From NCBI GenBank assembly GCA_041937175.2, contig CP166615.1, forward strand, positions 320,001 to 384,000: a DNA stretch of 64,000 nucleotides. Reading direction: 5' to 3'. The position numbers and the translations under genes are program-made. Each line of letters begins with the position of its first letter. Position 1 is the stretch's first letter. This DNA comes from Limnothrix sp. BL-A-16 (lineage in GTDB: Bacteria > Cyanobacteriota > Cyanobacteriia > CACIAM-69d). The notes beneath the pieces are model-generated. The model had not been told where the DNA came from and did no database searches. It saw nothing but the letters and a program-made list of their open reading frames with translations. Below are positions 1 through 9,907 of this stretch, piece by piece.

Positions 1-309
1 TTTGAGGATGAGCTGTTCGGGGATCACGGTTAACCTCTGCCCTGCCTCTCCCAACCCATTGCTGATGAATGAGCTGGATTAATCTTGCTGAATGAGTTAC
101 TTTTCAGGCTCATTTTGACATTTTTGGCACTCCTTTTGGGTGCTCATTCAAAAACAGGCTATAACCAGAAACGGCAGCCCCCGTATGGGGGGCGATCGCC
201 CAAGCCCTGGCTCCGGGGCGACCTGGGCAACTGTCCAGCCCCCTTCAACACCTACCCTTCTCAACCACTGATCGTCTATTGATCGTCTATTTTTTAGGCT
301 CTCTGAACC

Positions 310-1458
310 ATGGCAAAAGTTGGCTATTTGGTTAACCGCCGCAGCGGCAAAAAGATTCGGGTTGGCGCTTGTGTCAAATCCACAAGCAAGCCGCCGAGAT
401 TTAGCCTGTTTCAGTCAAAACTTGGTGCTGATCAGTTGCCTGGCCGCGTTGATTTGCGTCAATATCTGACCCCCGTTGAAGATCAATCCACCGTCGGCAG
501 TTGCACCGCCAACGCGATCGCCGGAGCCTATGAATATTTAGCGCAGCGGGCCAACGGAGAAGCGGGCGACATCAGCCGCCTGTTTATCTACTACAACACT
601 CGACGCGCCGAAGGAACTGTGGGCGACGGTGGCAGTTCCATCAGCGGCAGCATCCAAGTGCTTGAAGAAGTGGGCGCTTGCACCGAAGAAACGTGGCCCT
701 ATGTTCCTGAAGAATTTGACACGGAACCCTCCCCAGAGGCTTACGAAGAAGCCCAGAATTTTTTGGTAGATGAAGCGCGTGAAATTCCCATTGATTTAGC
801 AGCCATGAAAAGCTGTTTGGCGGAGGGTTATCCCTTTGCTTTTGGTTTGATTCTCTACGATTCTTTTAATCAAGCGGGAAAAGGCGGCCGCGTTCCGTTG
901 CCCAGCCGCAATGAACAAGTTCGCGAAACCCACGGGGCCCATGCCATGCTCTGTGTGGGTTATTCTGATCGCAATGAAGCCTTTATTGTGCGCAATTCTT
1001 GGGGATCGGATTGGGGCGATCAAGGCTATTGCTACATCCCCTATGACTACATGACCAACACGGATTTGTGTTTCGATTGTTGGGCAATTCAGCAAGTTTC
1101 GGATCTGGATTTTTCGGCTGGCATCTACAGCGATGATGACGAAGAATTTGCCAGTGACTACAACTCTGAGGATGATGAGAGTGATTATGATTACTCAGAG
1201 GAAGAAGACGAAGGAATCAGCATCTCGGTAGACTACGACGGCGAAGAAGGCGACGAGGAAGAAGAATACGACGAAGAAGATTACGGAGATTCGGAGGAGG
1301 AGGAAGAAGATTATGAGGAAGAGGAAGAGGAGGAAGAAGATTACGAGGAAGAAGTAGAAGAGGACTACGAAGAAGAAGAGGAGGAAGATTACGAGGAGGA
1401 GGAAGAAGATTACGAGGAGGAGGAAGAAGATTACGAGGAGGAGGAGGAAGAAGAGTAA
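310..1458 (+). CDS. C1 (papain-like) cysteine peptidase with long Asp/Glu-rich C-terminal tail
   Basis: LPGRVDLR..PVEDQSTVGSCTANA (oxyanion Gln, catalytic Cys), HAMLCVGY (His), VRNSWG (Asn); last ~110 aa almost only E/D/Y/S/G. Confidence 0.92.
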   Translation: MAKVGYLVNRRSGKKIRVGACVKSTSKPPRFSLFQSKLGADQLPGRVDLRQYLTPVEDQSTVGSCTANAIAGAYEYLAQRANGEAGDISRLFIYYNTRRAEGTVGDGGSSISGSIQVLEEVGACTEETWPYVPEEFDTEPSPEAYEEAQNFLVDEAREIPIDLAAMKSCLAEGYPFAFGLILYDSFNQAGKGGRVPLPSRNEQVRETHGAHAMLCVGYSDRNEAFIVRNSWGSDWGDQGYCYIPYDYMTNTDLCFDCWAIQQVSDLDFSAGIYSDDDEEFASDYNSEDDESDYDYSEEEDEGISISVDYDGEEGDEEEEYDEEDYGDSEEEEEDYEEEEEEEEDYEEEVEEDYEEEEEEDYEEEEEDYEEEEEDYEEEEEEE

Positions 1459-1708
1459 GTTGCTGATTGGGCATTCGCTCGATCGACCCTTTGGCTGTTC
1501 TCGGTTCTTCAGTGATTAATCAACGGATCGGCCGATCGAGAATTGACCGATCGACCAATCGGCTGTCTTGGGCAAGGGGCTTCAGCCCCTTGTCTGAAGT
1601 GGTTTCAAGGTTTTTCTCATGGGCTTTGCCATAGCCACTGGCCAGCCTCAATGTTGCAAAAGTTGGCGGGGACTCATGCAGGGCGATCGGGTCACGCGAC
1701 ACTAAGGG

Positions 1709-2809
1709 ATGGTTCTTGTTCCCAGCGCCATGCAATCCACCGAGTTTTTGCCCCAACCCGCCACCAGCACCGCGCCCGAGGCCGCCCAAGCGACCCAAAA
1801 TCGCAAGGCTGACCACCTGCGAGCCTGCTTGCAAGATGATGTGCAGTTCCGGCAGGTGGGTAGCGGCTTGGATCGCTACCGATTTGAGCATTGCTGTTTG
1901 CCGGAACTGGATCGATCGACCATTGATCCCAGCACTCAATTTTTGGGCAAACCGCTGCGGGCCCCGTTGCTGATTTCCTCCATGACCGGCGGCACAGACC
2001 AGGCAGAACAAATCAATCTGCGGTTGGCGGCGGCGGCCCAGCGCTGGGGCTTGGCCATGGGGGTTGGCTCACAGCGGGTGGCAGTGGAGCGGCCGGAGGT
2101 GCGCCGAACCTTTGCGGTGCGATCGGTCGCCCCAGACATTCCGCTGTTTGCCAACCTGGGGGCGGTGCAGCTTAACTATCGCTATGGTTTGGCTGAGTGC
2201 CAGTCCTTGGTGGATTGGTTGGAAGCAGATGCGTTGATTTTGCATCTGAACCCCTTGCAGGAGGCGGTGCAAACCAAGGGCGATCGCAACTTTGCGGGGT
2301 TGCTCGATCGAATCGCAGACCTTTGTGCCCAACTGCCCGTGCCTGTGATTGCCAAGGAGGTGGGCAACGGCATTTCGCGCACCATGGCTGAAAAGTTGAT
2401 GGCGGCCGGTGTCCAGGCGATCGACGTGGCCGGAGCGGGGGGCACGTCTTGGGCCAAGGTGGAGAGCGTGCGGGCTTTGGATCCTAAACAGCGCCGCTTG
2501 GGCGAAACCTTCGGTGATTGGGGCATTCCCACGGCTGAATGCATCACTGCAATTCGGCAGGTGGCTCCAACGATTCCGCTCATTGCGTCCGGCGGTCTGC
2601 GCAATGGTTTGGATGCGGCTAAGGCGATCGCCCTCGGGGCAAATTTGGCGGGGTTCGCCATGCCCTTTTTACATGCGGCTAATGAGTCTGACGGTGCTTT
2701 GGATTTTCTGTGTGATGTGTTGATTGCGGAACTGGAAACCGCCATGTTTTGCACCGGCAATCGCACGATCGAGGATCTACAAACTCGCGGCCGACTGCAA
2801 CTTCAGTAG
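1709..2809 (+). CDS. fni: Type 2 isopentenyl-diphosphate delta-isomerase (FMN-dependent)
   Basis: [48 protein letters not shown] motifs. Confidence 0.95.
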   Translation: MVLVPSAMQSTEFLPQPATSTAPEAAQATQNRKADHLRACLQDDVQFRQVGSGLDRYRFEHCCLPELDRSTIDPSTQFLGKPLRAPLLISSMTGGTDQAEQINLRLAAAAQRWGLAMGVGSQRVAVERPEVRRTFAVRSVAPDIPLFANLGAVQLNYRYGLAECQSLVDWLEADALILHLNPLQEAVQTKGDRNFAGLLDRIADLCAQLPVPVIAKEVGNGISRTMAEKLMAAGVQAIDVAGAGGTSWAKVESVRALDPKQRRLGETFGDWGIPTAECITAIRQVAPTIPLIASGGLRNGLDAAKAIALGANLAGFAMPFLHAANESDGALDFLCDVLIAELETAMFCTGNRTIEDLQTRGRLQLQ

Positions 2810-2931
2810 GCAACTGTGCCTGATGGCAATTGCTTCTTGGGAGCTGAGGGGATGATCCCTTCAGCGATTCCTCAAGATGGGGTCAAATTGGATCGTTGCT
2901 TGAGCCAGACTTTAAAAATAGTAGAATTTTG

Positions 2932-2947
2932 AGTGATCACAATCACA
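2932..2947. promoter_or_regulatory. Candidate CRP/SyCrp1-type site upstream of the diguanylate cyclase
   Basis: AGTGA-N6-TCACA, one mismatch to TGTGA-N6-TCACA, in an AT-rich intergenic region. Confidence 0.35.
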
Positions 2948-3379
2948 ATCAAAATGTAATTTGCAGTTTCCCGAGTTAGGGACGCGGCCCACTTTCCTTG
3001 GGCTAGGGATTAAGATCAAGATAGCAAGATAAAGATAGAATAAGTATAAGCTTCTGACGATTCATTGTAACCACTTCATCAGTGGCTTTTCTTTGCTTTT
3101 TTTGCTCTTGAAGAATGCGCCTCAAAAGGTGGCGTTGCTTTTTTCATGGCCTTTTTCAGGGCTGTTTGGACGGCTGTTGAGATGGCCTTGATGGGTGAGT
3201 CCTGACTTCCTGGTGTTGAGTAGTTTGGCAAACGTTGCTCAACCCGATCGCCCCGAAGCTGCGACCAATGCCCTGTTCAAAATCACTGCCCGATCGTTGC
3301 TCTGGTGACCCAATGGGGAAGAGCGATCAGGCTTGAAATTCATCTTTTCCCGATCAATCTTCTCTCTAGCGTTAGGTTC

Positions 3380-4429
3380 ATGACCAATTCCCAGGCGATT
3401 GCAGCCAACTCAGAACCCATTCGACGATTGGCGACGGGCAGGGCAGAATCGCCATCCCGGCCGTTTGATCCCGGATCGTTTCTAATTTTGGTGGTTGATG
3501 ATGTCAGCCAAAATGTGCGCCTGTCGATCGAAATGCTAGATCAGGCGGGCTATGAAACCACATTTGCCATGACGGGAGCCGAAGCGTTGATGAGGGTGCA
3601 ATCGGCCCAACCGGATCTGATTTTGCTGGATTTGATGATGCCGGGAATGAGCGGTTTGCAACTGTGCGATCGCCTGAAAGACGATCCGACCCTGCGGGAT
3701 ATTCCCGTGTTGTTTGTCACGGCCAGCAACGAAGAAACCCACATGCTCGAAGCCTTTCAGCTTGGCGCTGTGGACTACATCACCAAGCCCTTTCGCTCGG
3801 CGGAACTCTTGGCTCGGGTGCGGGTGCATTTGGAACTCAAGCAAGCACGCGATCGCCTCAGTCAGGCCCTGAATGCCCTGCAACGAACCCACGCCCAACT
3901 GCAAAGCGCCTACACCGAATTGGGCCGCTTGGCCACCACCGATCCCCTGACCGGTTTGGCCAATCGTCGGCATTGGATGACCCTGGCCAAAAAGGAATTT
4001 CAGCGCAGTTGTCGCTACCAACATCCCCTTTCGGTGTTGATGTTGGATTTGGATCACTTCAAGGCCGTGAACGATACCTATGGCCATGCCGTGGGCGATT
4101 TGGCCCTGGCCACGGCCACCCAAGCCGCCAGCAGCATTTTGCGAACTCAGGATTGTCTGGGGCGCTATGGGGGTGAGGAATTTGTGATGCTGTTGCCGGA
4201 GACCGATGCGGCTGCCGCTGCGATCGTGGCGGAACGGATTCGCAAGGCGATCGCCGATCCGACCATCACCAGTTTGCCCAGCGCCCCGGGCTTAACCCTA
4301 ACGGTCAGCATTGGCGGCACTAGTTGCCAGTCCACCGACACCTCGATCGAGGCGGCCTTAAACCGGGCCGATCGGGCCCTCTACCAAGCCAAAAACCGGG
4401 GCCGCAATCGAGTGATGATGGTGCTGTAG
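3380..4429 (+). CDS. Response-regulator diguanylate cyclase (REC-coiled coil-GGDEF)
   Basis: ILVVDD, LILLDLMMPGMSG, DYITKPF receiver motifs; TDPLTGLANR, DLDHFKAVNDTYGH, RYGGEEF; ATG 3380 preferred over the upstream GTG. Confidence 0.93.
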   Translation: MTNSQAIAANSEPIRRLATGRAESPSRPFDPGSFLILVVDDVSQNVRLSIEMLDQAGYETTFAMTGAEALMRVQSAQPDLILLDLMMPGMSGLQLCDRLKDDPTLRDIPVLFVTASNEETHMLEAFQLGAVDYITKPFRSAELLARVRVHLELKQARDRLSQALNALQRTHAQLQSAYTELGRLATTDPLTGLANRRHWMTLAKKEFQRSCRYQHPLSVLMLDLDHFKAVNDTYGHAVGDLALATATQAASSILRTQDCLGRYGGEEFVMLLPETDAAAAAIVAERIRKAIADPTITSLPSAPGLTLTVSIGGTSCQSTDTSIEAALNRADRALYQAKNRGRNRVMMVL

Positions 4430-4492
4430 CGGCCGATTGTTTACGGTTGATTAACCCTCGGCAAGGGCCCACTGCTGGCCGAGGTGCGATAA

Positions 4493-4510
4493 ACTGTTAC
4501 GAAATGTAAA
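4493..4510 (-). promoter_or_regulatory. HLR1-like (RpaB-binding) direct repeat upstream of the hli gene
   Basis: Minus strand reads TTTACATT-TC-GTAACAGT, matching two (G/T)TTACA(T/A)(T/A) octamers spaced by 2 nt, 30 bp upstream of hli. Confidence 0.6.
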
Positions 4511-4540
4511 ACTCAAAACGTAACAATTCAGGAACAAACC

Positions 4541-4711
4541 ATGACTCAACCACAACCGACCACCACCCCCAACCTCGAAGAACCCAAATTTGGCTTCAAT
4601 GACTATGCCGAGCGCCTGAATGGCCGCGCCGCCATGGTGGGTTTCCTGCTGGCTTTGGCGATCGAGGCGGTGACGGGTCAAGGGCTGTTGGCTTGGTTGG
4701 GCCTGCTGTAG
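4541..4711 (+). CDS. hli: High-light-inducible protein (HLIP/SCP), 56 aa, absent from the ORF track
   Basis: Manual translation MTQPQPTTTPNLEEPKFGFNDYAERLNGRAAMVGFLLALAIEAVTGQGLLAWLGLL*; ExxNGRxAMxG chlorophyll-binding motif. Confidence 0.95.
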   Translation: MTQPQPTTTPNLEEPKFGFNDYAERLNGRAAMVGFLLALAIEAVTGQGLLAWLGLL

Positions 4712-5016
4712 GGGCCTGCTGTTGTCCGTTGCTTGGCAACCCGCTGCAACGGGTTGAGCTTGTTGAGCGGGATTTGCCAAGCCTAATCCTTTGCGAAATT
4801 AAGGGCGCAGCCCCTGCCCGATCGCTCGGCCCAAGAAGCGGGTGGGTGTGGGTGCGTCTCTTTGTTGAAGGCATTGACGCTGAAGATATTGACAGCAGCA
4901 GAAAAAATTTCTAGCAGCAGAAAGGTTTATACAATCAGAGTTAGGGGTGACGTGGCTAGGAATCAGCCATCGTGTGGGGACGACCCTTGGGATCAAAACC
5001 GCTGAGGACTAAACCG

Positions 5017-5370
5017 ATGGGTAAGCGTTGGCCGCGGCTGTTGCAACAACGATATCGACGAGAGCCGATCGCCGCCTTCGTGCTAACCATGGGCCTGGTG
5101 CAGGTGACGATCGGGGGTGCAGATAGTGACGCAGGCTTGGCCGCTTTGGGGCTAATCTTTTTGGGCACGGCCGCTGCTCTCTATTGGCTGAAATATTCTG
5201 CGCGCGTGATTGACGCGGCCCGATCGCCCCGCATCACCTACCGCAGTTCTCGCCCCGATCGCTTGCCCGTTTTGCCCGCAGCCCCCCAGCTAACCCCGGT
5301 CTATTCAGATCGATCGCGATCGCCCCTGCCGCCCTTGCGCCTCCGCGATCGCCCCAATTCCGCCGACTAG
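5017..5370 (+). CDS. Small two-TM hypothetical membrane protein with Pro/Arg-rich tail
   Basis: YRREPI followed by two hydrophobic segments; start at ATG 5017 inferred. Confidence 0.65.
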   Translation: MGKRWPRLLQQRYRREPIAAFVLTMGLVQVTIGGADSDAGLAALGLIFLGTAAALYWLKYSARVIDAARSPRITYRSSRPDRLPVLPAAPQLTPVYSDRSRSPLPPLRLRDRPNSAD

Positions 5371-5457
5371 CCCTTGTCGCCAGCCTCCGCGATTCCCAGC
5401 CTTCTCGAATGAATCCAGAATTCTGAGCGAATCATCGTCCCGATCGAGCCGCATTGC

Positions 5458-6366
5458 ATGAGCGATCTTTGCACCATCAGCCGTCGTGTCCAATTTTCCG
5501 CAAGCTACCGTTACTGGTTGCCGGAACTGACAGAGGCGGAAAATCATCGACGGTTCGGGATCGCCGCTCGATCGCCCGGCAGCACCTTCACGCTTTGGGT
5601 GCAAGTCCAAGGGCCGATCGATCCCTTTGGCATGGTGGCCAACCTGTCCACCACCATCAAACGCGCCCTGCAACGGGAAGTACTCGAACCCTTGCACGGA
5701 GCCAACCTCAACCAAATTTGGCCAGAATTTGCCAACACCCTACCCACCAGCGAGTGGCTGGCCCAGGTGCTGTGGCAGCGATTGGGCCAATGTTGGCAGC
5801 GGCAGGGTTTGCAACTGCGACAAGTGCAACTGTCGCCCGATCCCGGTTTAGTTGTGGAATATCGAGGGCAAGCTATGGAAGCTCATCTAACGGTTCATAC
5901 GCACTTCAGCGCCGCCCATCGTTTGGCTTTGCCAACCCTAACTTTGGCTCAAAATAGCGAAATTTATGGCAAATGTTCCCGCCCCAGTGGCCATGGCCAC
6001 AACTACCAATTGTGGGTGACGGTGCGCGGTCAAATTGACCCTAGAACGGGGATGGTTGTTGAACTCAACCGGCTCCATGATCTCATTGAAATGCAAGTGG
6101 TGGAGCCGCTTGATCACACCTTTTTGAATCAGGACATTGCCTACTTTCAAGACATTGTGCCCACGGCGGAAAATATTGCCGTTTATATTCGCGATCAACT
6201 GCTGGAACCAGTGCGAGAGTTGGGAGTGCAGTTGGTAAAAATTCGGCTGGATGAAACCGAAAATAATTCCTGCGAAGTGTATGTGCAAACGGAAGCCCCG
6301 TGGGTCGATCGCCCCGTGATCAGCGCGATCGACCAAGGAAAACCGGTGAGCGTAAGTGCAAACTAG
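5458..6366 (+). CDS. queD: Two-domain 6-carboxytetrahydropterin/6-pyruvoyl-tetrahydropterin synthase
   Basis: Tandem PTPS folds; C-terminal copy has FSAAHRL, C..PSGHGHNY, TGMV, LDHTFLN, PTAENIA. Confidence 0.88.
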   Translation: MSDLCTISRRVQFSASYRYWLPELTEAENHRRFGIAARSPGSTFTLWVQVQGPIDPFGMVANLSTTIKRALQREVLEPLHGANLNQIWPEFANTLPTSEWLAQVLWQRLGQCWQRQGLQLRQVQLSPDPGLVVEYRGQAMEAHLTVHTHFSAAHRLALPTLTLAQNSEIYGKCSRPSGHGHNYQLWVTVRGQIDPRTGMVVELNRLHDLIEMQVVEPLDHTFLNQDIAYFQDIVPTAENIAVYIRDQLLEPVRELGVQLVKIRLDETENNSCEVYVQTEAPWVDRPVISAIDQGKPVSVSAN

Positions 6367-6381
6367 GGCAGTCTGTGCGAG

Positions 6382-6708
6382 CTATTCAAACCGCACCGCC
6401 GTGCCACTCACCGCCACCATCAACATGCCGCCGCCGTTGGACAGGCTAATGGTTTCGTAATCAATATCAATGCCAATGATGCCGTTTGCCCCCAATTCGG
6501 TGGCAGCAGCTTTCATTTCATTCATGGCGATGTCTTTGGCCTTGCGCAGTTCTTTTTCGTAGGAACCCGATCGCCCGCCAATCACGTCTCGGATGCCAGC
6601 GAAAAAGTCCTTGAAAATGTTTGCCCCCAAGATCGCTTCGCCACTGACCACGCCGTAATAGGAAATGATGCGCTTGCCTTCGAGGCTGGAGGTTGTGGTT
6701 AGCAACAT
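6382..6708 (-). CDS. YbjQ/UPF0145 family protein
   Basis: [47 protein letters not shown]. Confidence 0.9.
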   Translation of the reverse strand: MLLTTTSSLEGKRIISYYGVVSGEAILGANIFKDFFAGIRDVIGGRSGSYEKELRKAKDIAMNEMKAAATELGANGIIGIDIDYETISLSNGGGMLMVAVSGTAVRFE

Positions 6709-6936
6709 TTGGTAACTCCGGTAATCGGTTCCTTGATTGGGTTTCGCTTGATCTGATCTCTGTTGTAGCAAGGTGGATGGGCGATCGACCGAGGGGTTGT
6801 GGGGGAACGTTCACGAGTTTTGGTGGTTTTCACAGAAAAGACCCAGCTCCCCGATCGGGTCAATGGCCACTCAATCGCCACGAATGGCGGCAAACTTTGC
6901 TTGAATGGCCCGCAAATATTGCACGGGGTCTCAACC

Positions 6937-7308
6937 ATGCTGGTACGAAAGTTGGGCGACTGCGAAGAATTTGTGGCGGGCGACAATTCGATATTGCGAG
7001 AGCTGCTGCATCCCGACAAACAGCCGATCGACCTGCGCTATAGCTTGGCCCATGCCATTTTGCCTGTGGGCGAAACCTCGCTGCCCCACTCCCTGACCAC
7101 CTCTGAGGTCTACTACATCATGGCGGGGCGGGGAGAAATGCACATCGATGGCGAGGTGCAAATCATTGAGCCGGGGGATGCGGTTTATATTCCGCCCAAC
7201 GCTAAACAATTCGTGCGCAGCTTGGGGCCCGAGCCACTGACCTTCATCTGTTTGGTGGATCCGGCCTGGCGTAAAGAGGATGAAACGGTTTACGAGAGCG
7301 AACCCTAG
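6937..7308 (+). CDS. Cupin domain protein
   Basis: PHSLTTSEVYYIMAGRGEMHIDGE..PGDAVYIPP cupin signature; ATG 6937. Confidence 0.88.
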   Translation: MLVRKLGDCEEFVAGDNSILRELLHPDKQPIDLRYSLAHAILPVGETSLPHSLTTSEVYYIMAGRGEMHIDGEVQIIEPGDAVYIPPNAKQFVRSLGPEPLTFICLVDPAWRKEDETVYESEP

Positions 7309-7653
7309 GACTTGTCGCCAAATCGCCTGAAACCCTGATTCCACTGTTGACAGACCGAGAGGGACAAGGGGCTTAGGGCTTGTCGCCAAATCGCCTGAAA
7401 CCCTGATTCCACCGCTGACAGACCGAGAGGGACAAGGGGCTTAGGGCTTGTCGCCAAATCGCCTGAAACCCTGATTCCACCGTTGACAGACCGAGAGGGA
7501 CAAGGGGCTTAGGGCTTATCGTCAAATCGCCTGAAACCCTGATTCCACCGTTGACAGACCGAGAGAGACAAGGGGCTTAAGCCCCTTGTTACAGCGCTTG
7601 GGGTATGGAAAATCAACCATTTTCGTCGCATCCCCAAAAATGACGATAGACCC
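7306..7653 (+). mobile_element. Family A MITE-like element with four tandem 68-bp left arms and one right arm
   Basis: Units start at 7306, 7374, 7442 and 7510, each ending CAAGGGGCT; full palindrome at 7569; right end TGACGATAGACCC. Confidence 0.85.
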
Positions 7654-7703
7654 TGACGACCTGTGCCAGTTGCAGGGGCGATCGGGAGCAGGTGGGTTGC
7701 TAT

Positions 7704-7724
7704 TTTTGGTAAAAATTACTATAA
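7704..7724. promoter_or_regulatory. Candidate NrtR operator
   Basis: 21-bp imperfect palindrome TTTTGGTAAAAATTACTATAA directly upstream of pncB-nadD-nrtR. Confidence 0.7.
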
Positions 7725-7761
7725 ATAAATTGACCGGCCACCCGTCAACGGCCGAAGCGGT

Positions 7762-9201
7762 GTGACTGCCTCAAGATCCCTCCTGGCGATCGCCCGATCG
7801 ATCGCTTCCCCAGTTATGTTGACCCTCACCACGCCCGACTTGGGGCCTGCAACCCTGGACGCTCAAGTGGGCAACAGCGCCCTGCTGACGGATCTGTATC
7901 AGTTGACGATGATCGCTTGCTATTGCGATCGGGCGGTGGAGCAACAAACCGCCAGTTTCGAGCTGTTTACGCGCCGGTTGCCCGATGGGTTTGGCTATTT
8001 GGTGGCCATGGGGTTGGAACAGGCTCTGCAATACCTGGAGCAGTTTCAGGTCAGCTCGTCCCAACAGGCCCAACTGCGGGCCACGGGGCTGTTTGACCAT
8101 GCGCCCGATCGGTTTTGGGATTTGTTGGCAACGGCTCGGTTTACGGGAGACCTGTGGGCCGTGCCCGAGGGAACCGTGGTGTTTGCCCATGAACCGCTGC
8201 TGCGAATTGAGGCTCCCCTCTGGCAAGCCCAGTGGGTGGAAACCTATTTGCTGAATGTGCTGAACTATCAAACCCTGGTAGCTACGCGATCGGCCCGGCT
8301 GCGGGATGTGGCGGGCGATCGGGCGCAAATTTTGGAGTTTGGCACGCGGCGGGCCTTCAGTCCCCAGGCGGCCCTGTGGGGGGCGCGGGCGGCTTTGGCG
8401 GCCGGTTTGGATGCCACTTCCAATGTGGAGGCGGCGTTGCAATTGGGGCGACAACCGGCGGGCACGATGGCCCATGCCCTGGTGATGGCCCTGGGTGCTT
8501 CCATGGGGTCGGAGCTGGCGGCGTTTGAGGCTTTTCAGGGCCTGTTTCCCAAGGGGGCGCTGCTGGTGGATACCTTTGACCCGGTGCGGGCGATCGAACA
8601 GTTGGCGGAGCGGGTGCGGGCCGGTGGGGCCCCCGTGCCGGCCATCCGGTTGGATTCGGGAGACTTGGTGAGCCTGTCACAGCTAGCGCGCGATCGATTG
8701 CCGGGAACGCAAATTTTGGTCAGCGGTGATTTGGATGAGGCAGAAATCGATCGCCTAAGGGTGGCCGGCGCTGAGATTGATGGCTATGGCGTGGGCACCA
8801 AGTTGGTGACGGGCCAGCCGGTGAATGGGGTTTATAAATTGGTGGAATTGGCGGGGCAACCGGTGGCCAAGGGTTCCAGCGGCAAGGCCACCTATCCGGG
8901 CCGGAAACAGGTGCTGCGCGATCGGAATGCAGCGGGCCGTTGGTTGGGCGATCGGCTGGTGTTGGCCGATGAAGTGCCCCTGTCAGAATCGGGATTGTTG
9001 CGGCCCGTGATGCTTGCGGGACAGCGGTTGATGGATCCAGAATCCCTGCTGACCATTGCCCAACGCACCCGATCGCAGGTTCAAAGCCTCCCGGAGGCGG
9101 TGCGATCGATCCATGACCCAACCCCAGTGCGGCCGGAACTGTCGCCTGCGCTACAATCGCTCACGACTCGGGTGCATCAGTCGATCCAAGCGGCTTCCTA
9201 A
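7762..9201 (+). CDS. pncB: Nicotinate phosphoribosyltransferase
   Basis: LLTDLYQLTM, EFGTRRA, TSNV, GTMAH, LVDTFD, IRLDSGD, GVGTKL; start may be ATG 7816. Confidence 0.93.
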   Translation: MTASRSLLAIARSIASPVMLTLTTPDLGPATLDAQVGNSALLTDLYQLTMIACYCDRAVEQQTASFELFTRRLPDGFGYLVAMGLEQALQYLEQFQVSSSQQAQLRATGLFDHAPDRFWDLLATARFTGDLWAVPEGTVVFAHEPLLRIEAPLWQAQWVETYLLNVLNYQTLVATRSARLRDVAGDRAQILEFGTRRAFSPQAALWGARAALAAGLDATSNVEAALQLGRQPAGTMAHALVMALGASMGSELAAFEAFQGLFPKGALLVDTFDPVRAIEQLAERVRAGGAPVPAIRLDSGDLVSLSQLARDRLPGTQILVSGDLDEAEIDRLRVAGAEIDGYGVGTKLVTGQPVNGVYKLVELAGQPVAKGSSGKATYPGRKQVLRDRNAAGRWLGDRLVLADEVPLSESGLLRPVMLAGQRLMDPESLLTIAQRTRSQVQSLPEAVRSIHDPTPVRPELSPALQSLTTRVHQSIQAAS

Positions 9202-9328
9202 GCGGCTTCCCACGCTCCTTCCCAAACAGTCCCAAGGCCAGCACCCCAGTGATTGCCAATTCCGCTCCATCAACCCGTCATTGTCCACAAACCTGTATTC
9301 CTGCCGTTGTTTTGGCGGCCAGAATCCC

Positions 9329-9907
9329 ATGATGTCGATCGCGTTGTTTGGAACCAGTGCAGATCCCCCAACCTACGGCCATCAGGCGATCGTTGCTTGG
9401 TTGGCCCAACGGTTCGATCGGGTTGCGGTTTGGGCTGCGGACAATCCCTTCAAAAGCCATCGTGCTCCCCTCGACTGTCGCACAGCCATGTTGCGGGTGT
9501 TGATCGAGTCGATCGAGCCGCGGCCCGCCCATGTGCAGGTTTGTCCAGACCTGAGCCACCCGCGCACGGTGGTGGTGTTGGAACGGGCCCGGGAACGCTG
9601 GCCCAATGCCCAGTTCAGCCTCGTGATTGGGTCAGATTTGGTGGCCCAACTGCCCCGTTGGTATCGCTCGGCGGACATTCTGCAATTTGCCCAGTTGCTG
9701 GTGGTTCCCCGGCCGGGCTATCCCTTAGAAACGGCCGCGATCGAACATTTAGCCGACCTGGGAGCCAGGGTGCAAGTGGCTGACCTCAGCAGCCCCGCCA
9801 GCTCTTCCACCGCCTATCGGGAAGCGGGCGATCGCAACAGTATCCCCCCCGAAATTGAAGCCTATATTCGGGGTGAGCAGCTTTACCTATGGCAGAACGT
9901 CGGCTAG
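9329..9907 (+). CDS. nadD: Nicotinate-nucleotide adenylyltransferase
   Basis: IALFGTSADPPTYGH, NPFK, VIGSDL..LPRWY, SSTAYR; follows pncB. Confidence 0.92.
   Translation: MMSIALFGTSADPPTYGHQAIVAWLAQRFDRVAVWAADNPFKSHRAPLDCRTAMLRVLIESIEPRPAHVQVCPDLSHPRTVVVLERARERWPNAQFSLVIGSDLVAQLPRWYRSADILQFAQLLVVPRPGYPLETAAIEHLADLGARVQVADLSSPASSSTAYREAGDRNSIPPEIEAYIRGEQLYLWQNVG

Noticed and set aside
1..33. Possible 3' end of an upstream CDS (FEDELFGDHG*)
   Set aside because: Too short to support or identify.
1217..1474. Pro/Leu-rich minus-strand ORF (similarly 17305-17676 and 17438-17653)
   Set aside because: Antisense shadows of low-complexity coding repeats.
7306..7653. CRISPR array
   Set aside because: Units are near-identical along their whole 68 bp, with no unique spacers and no cas genes; they match the left arm of family A elements.
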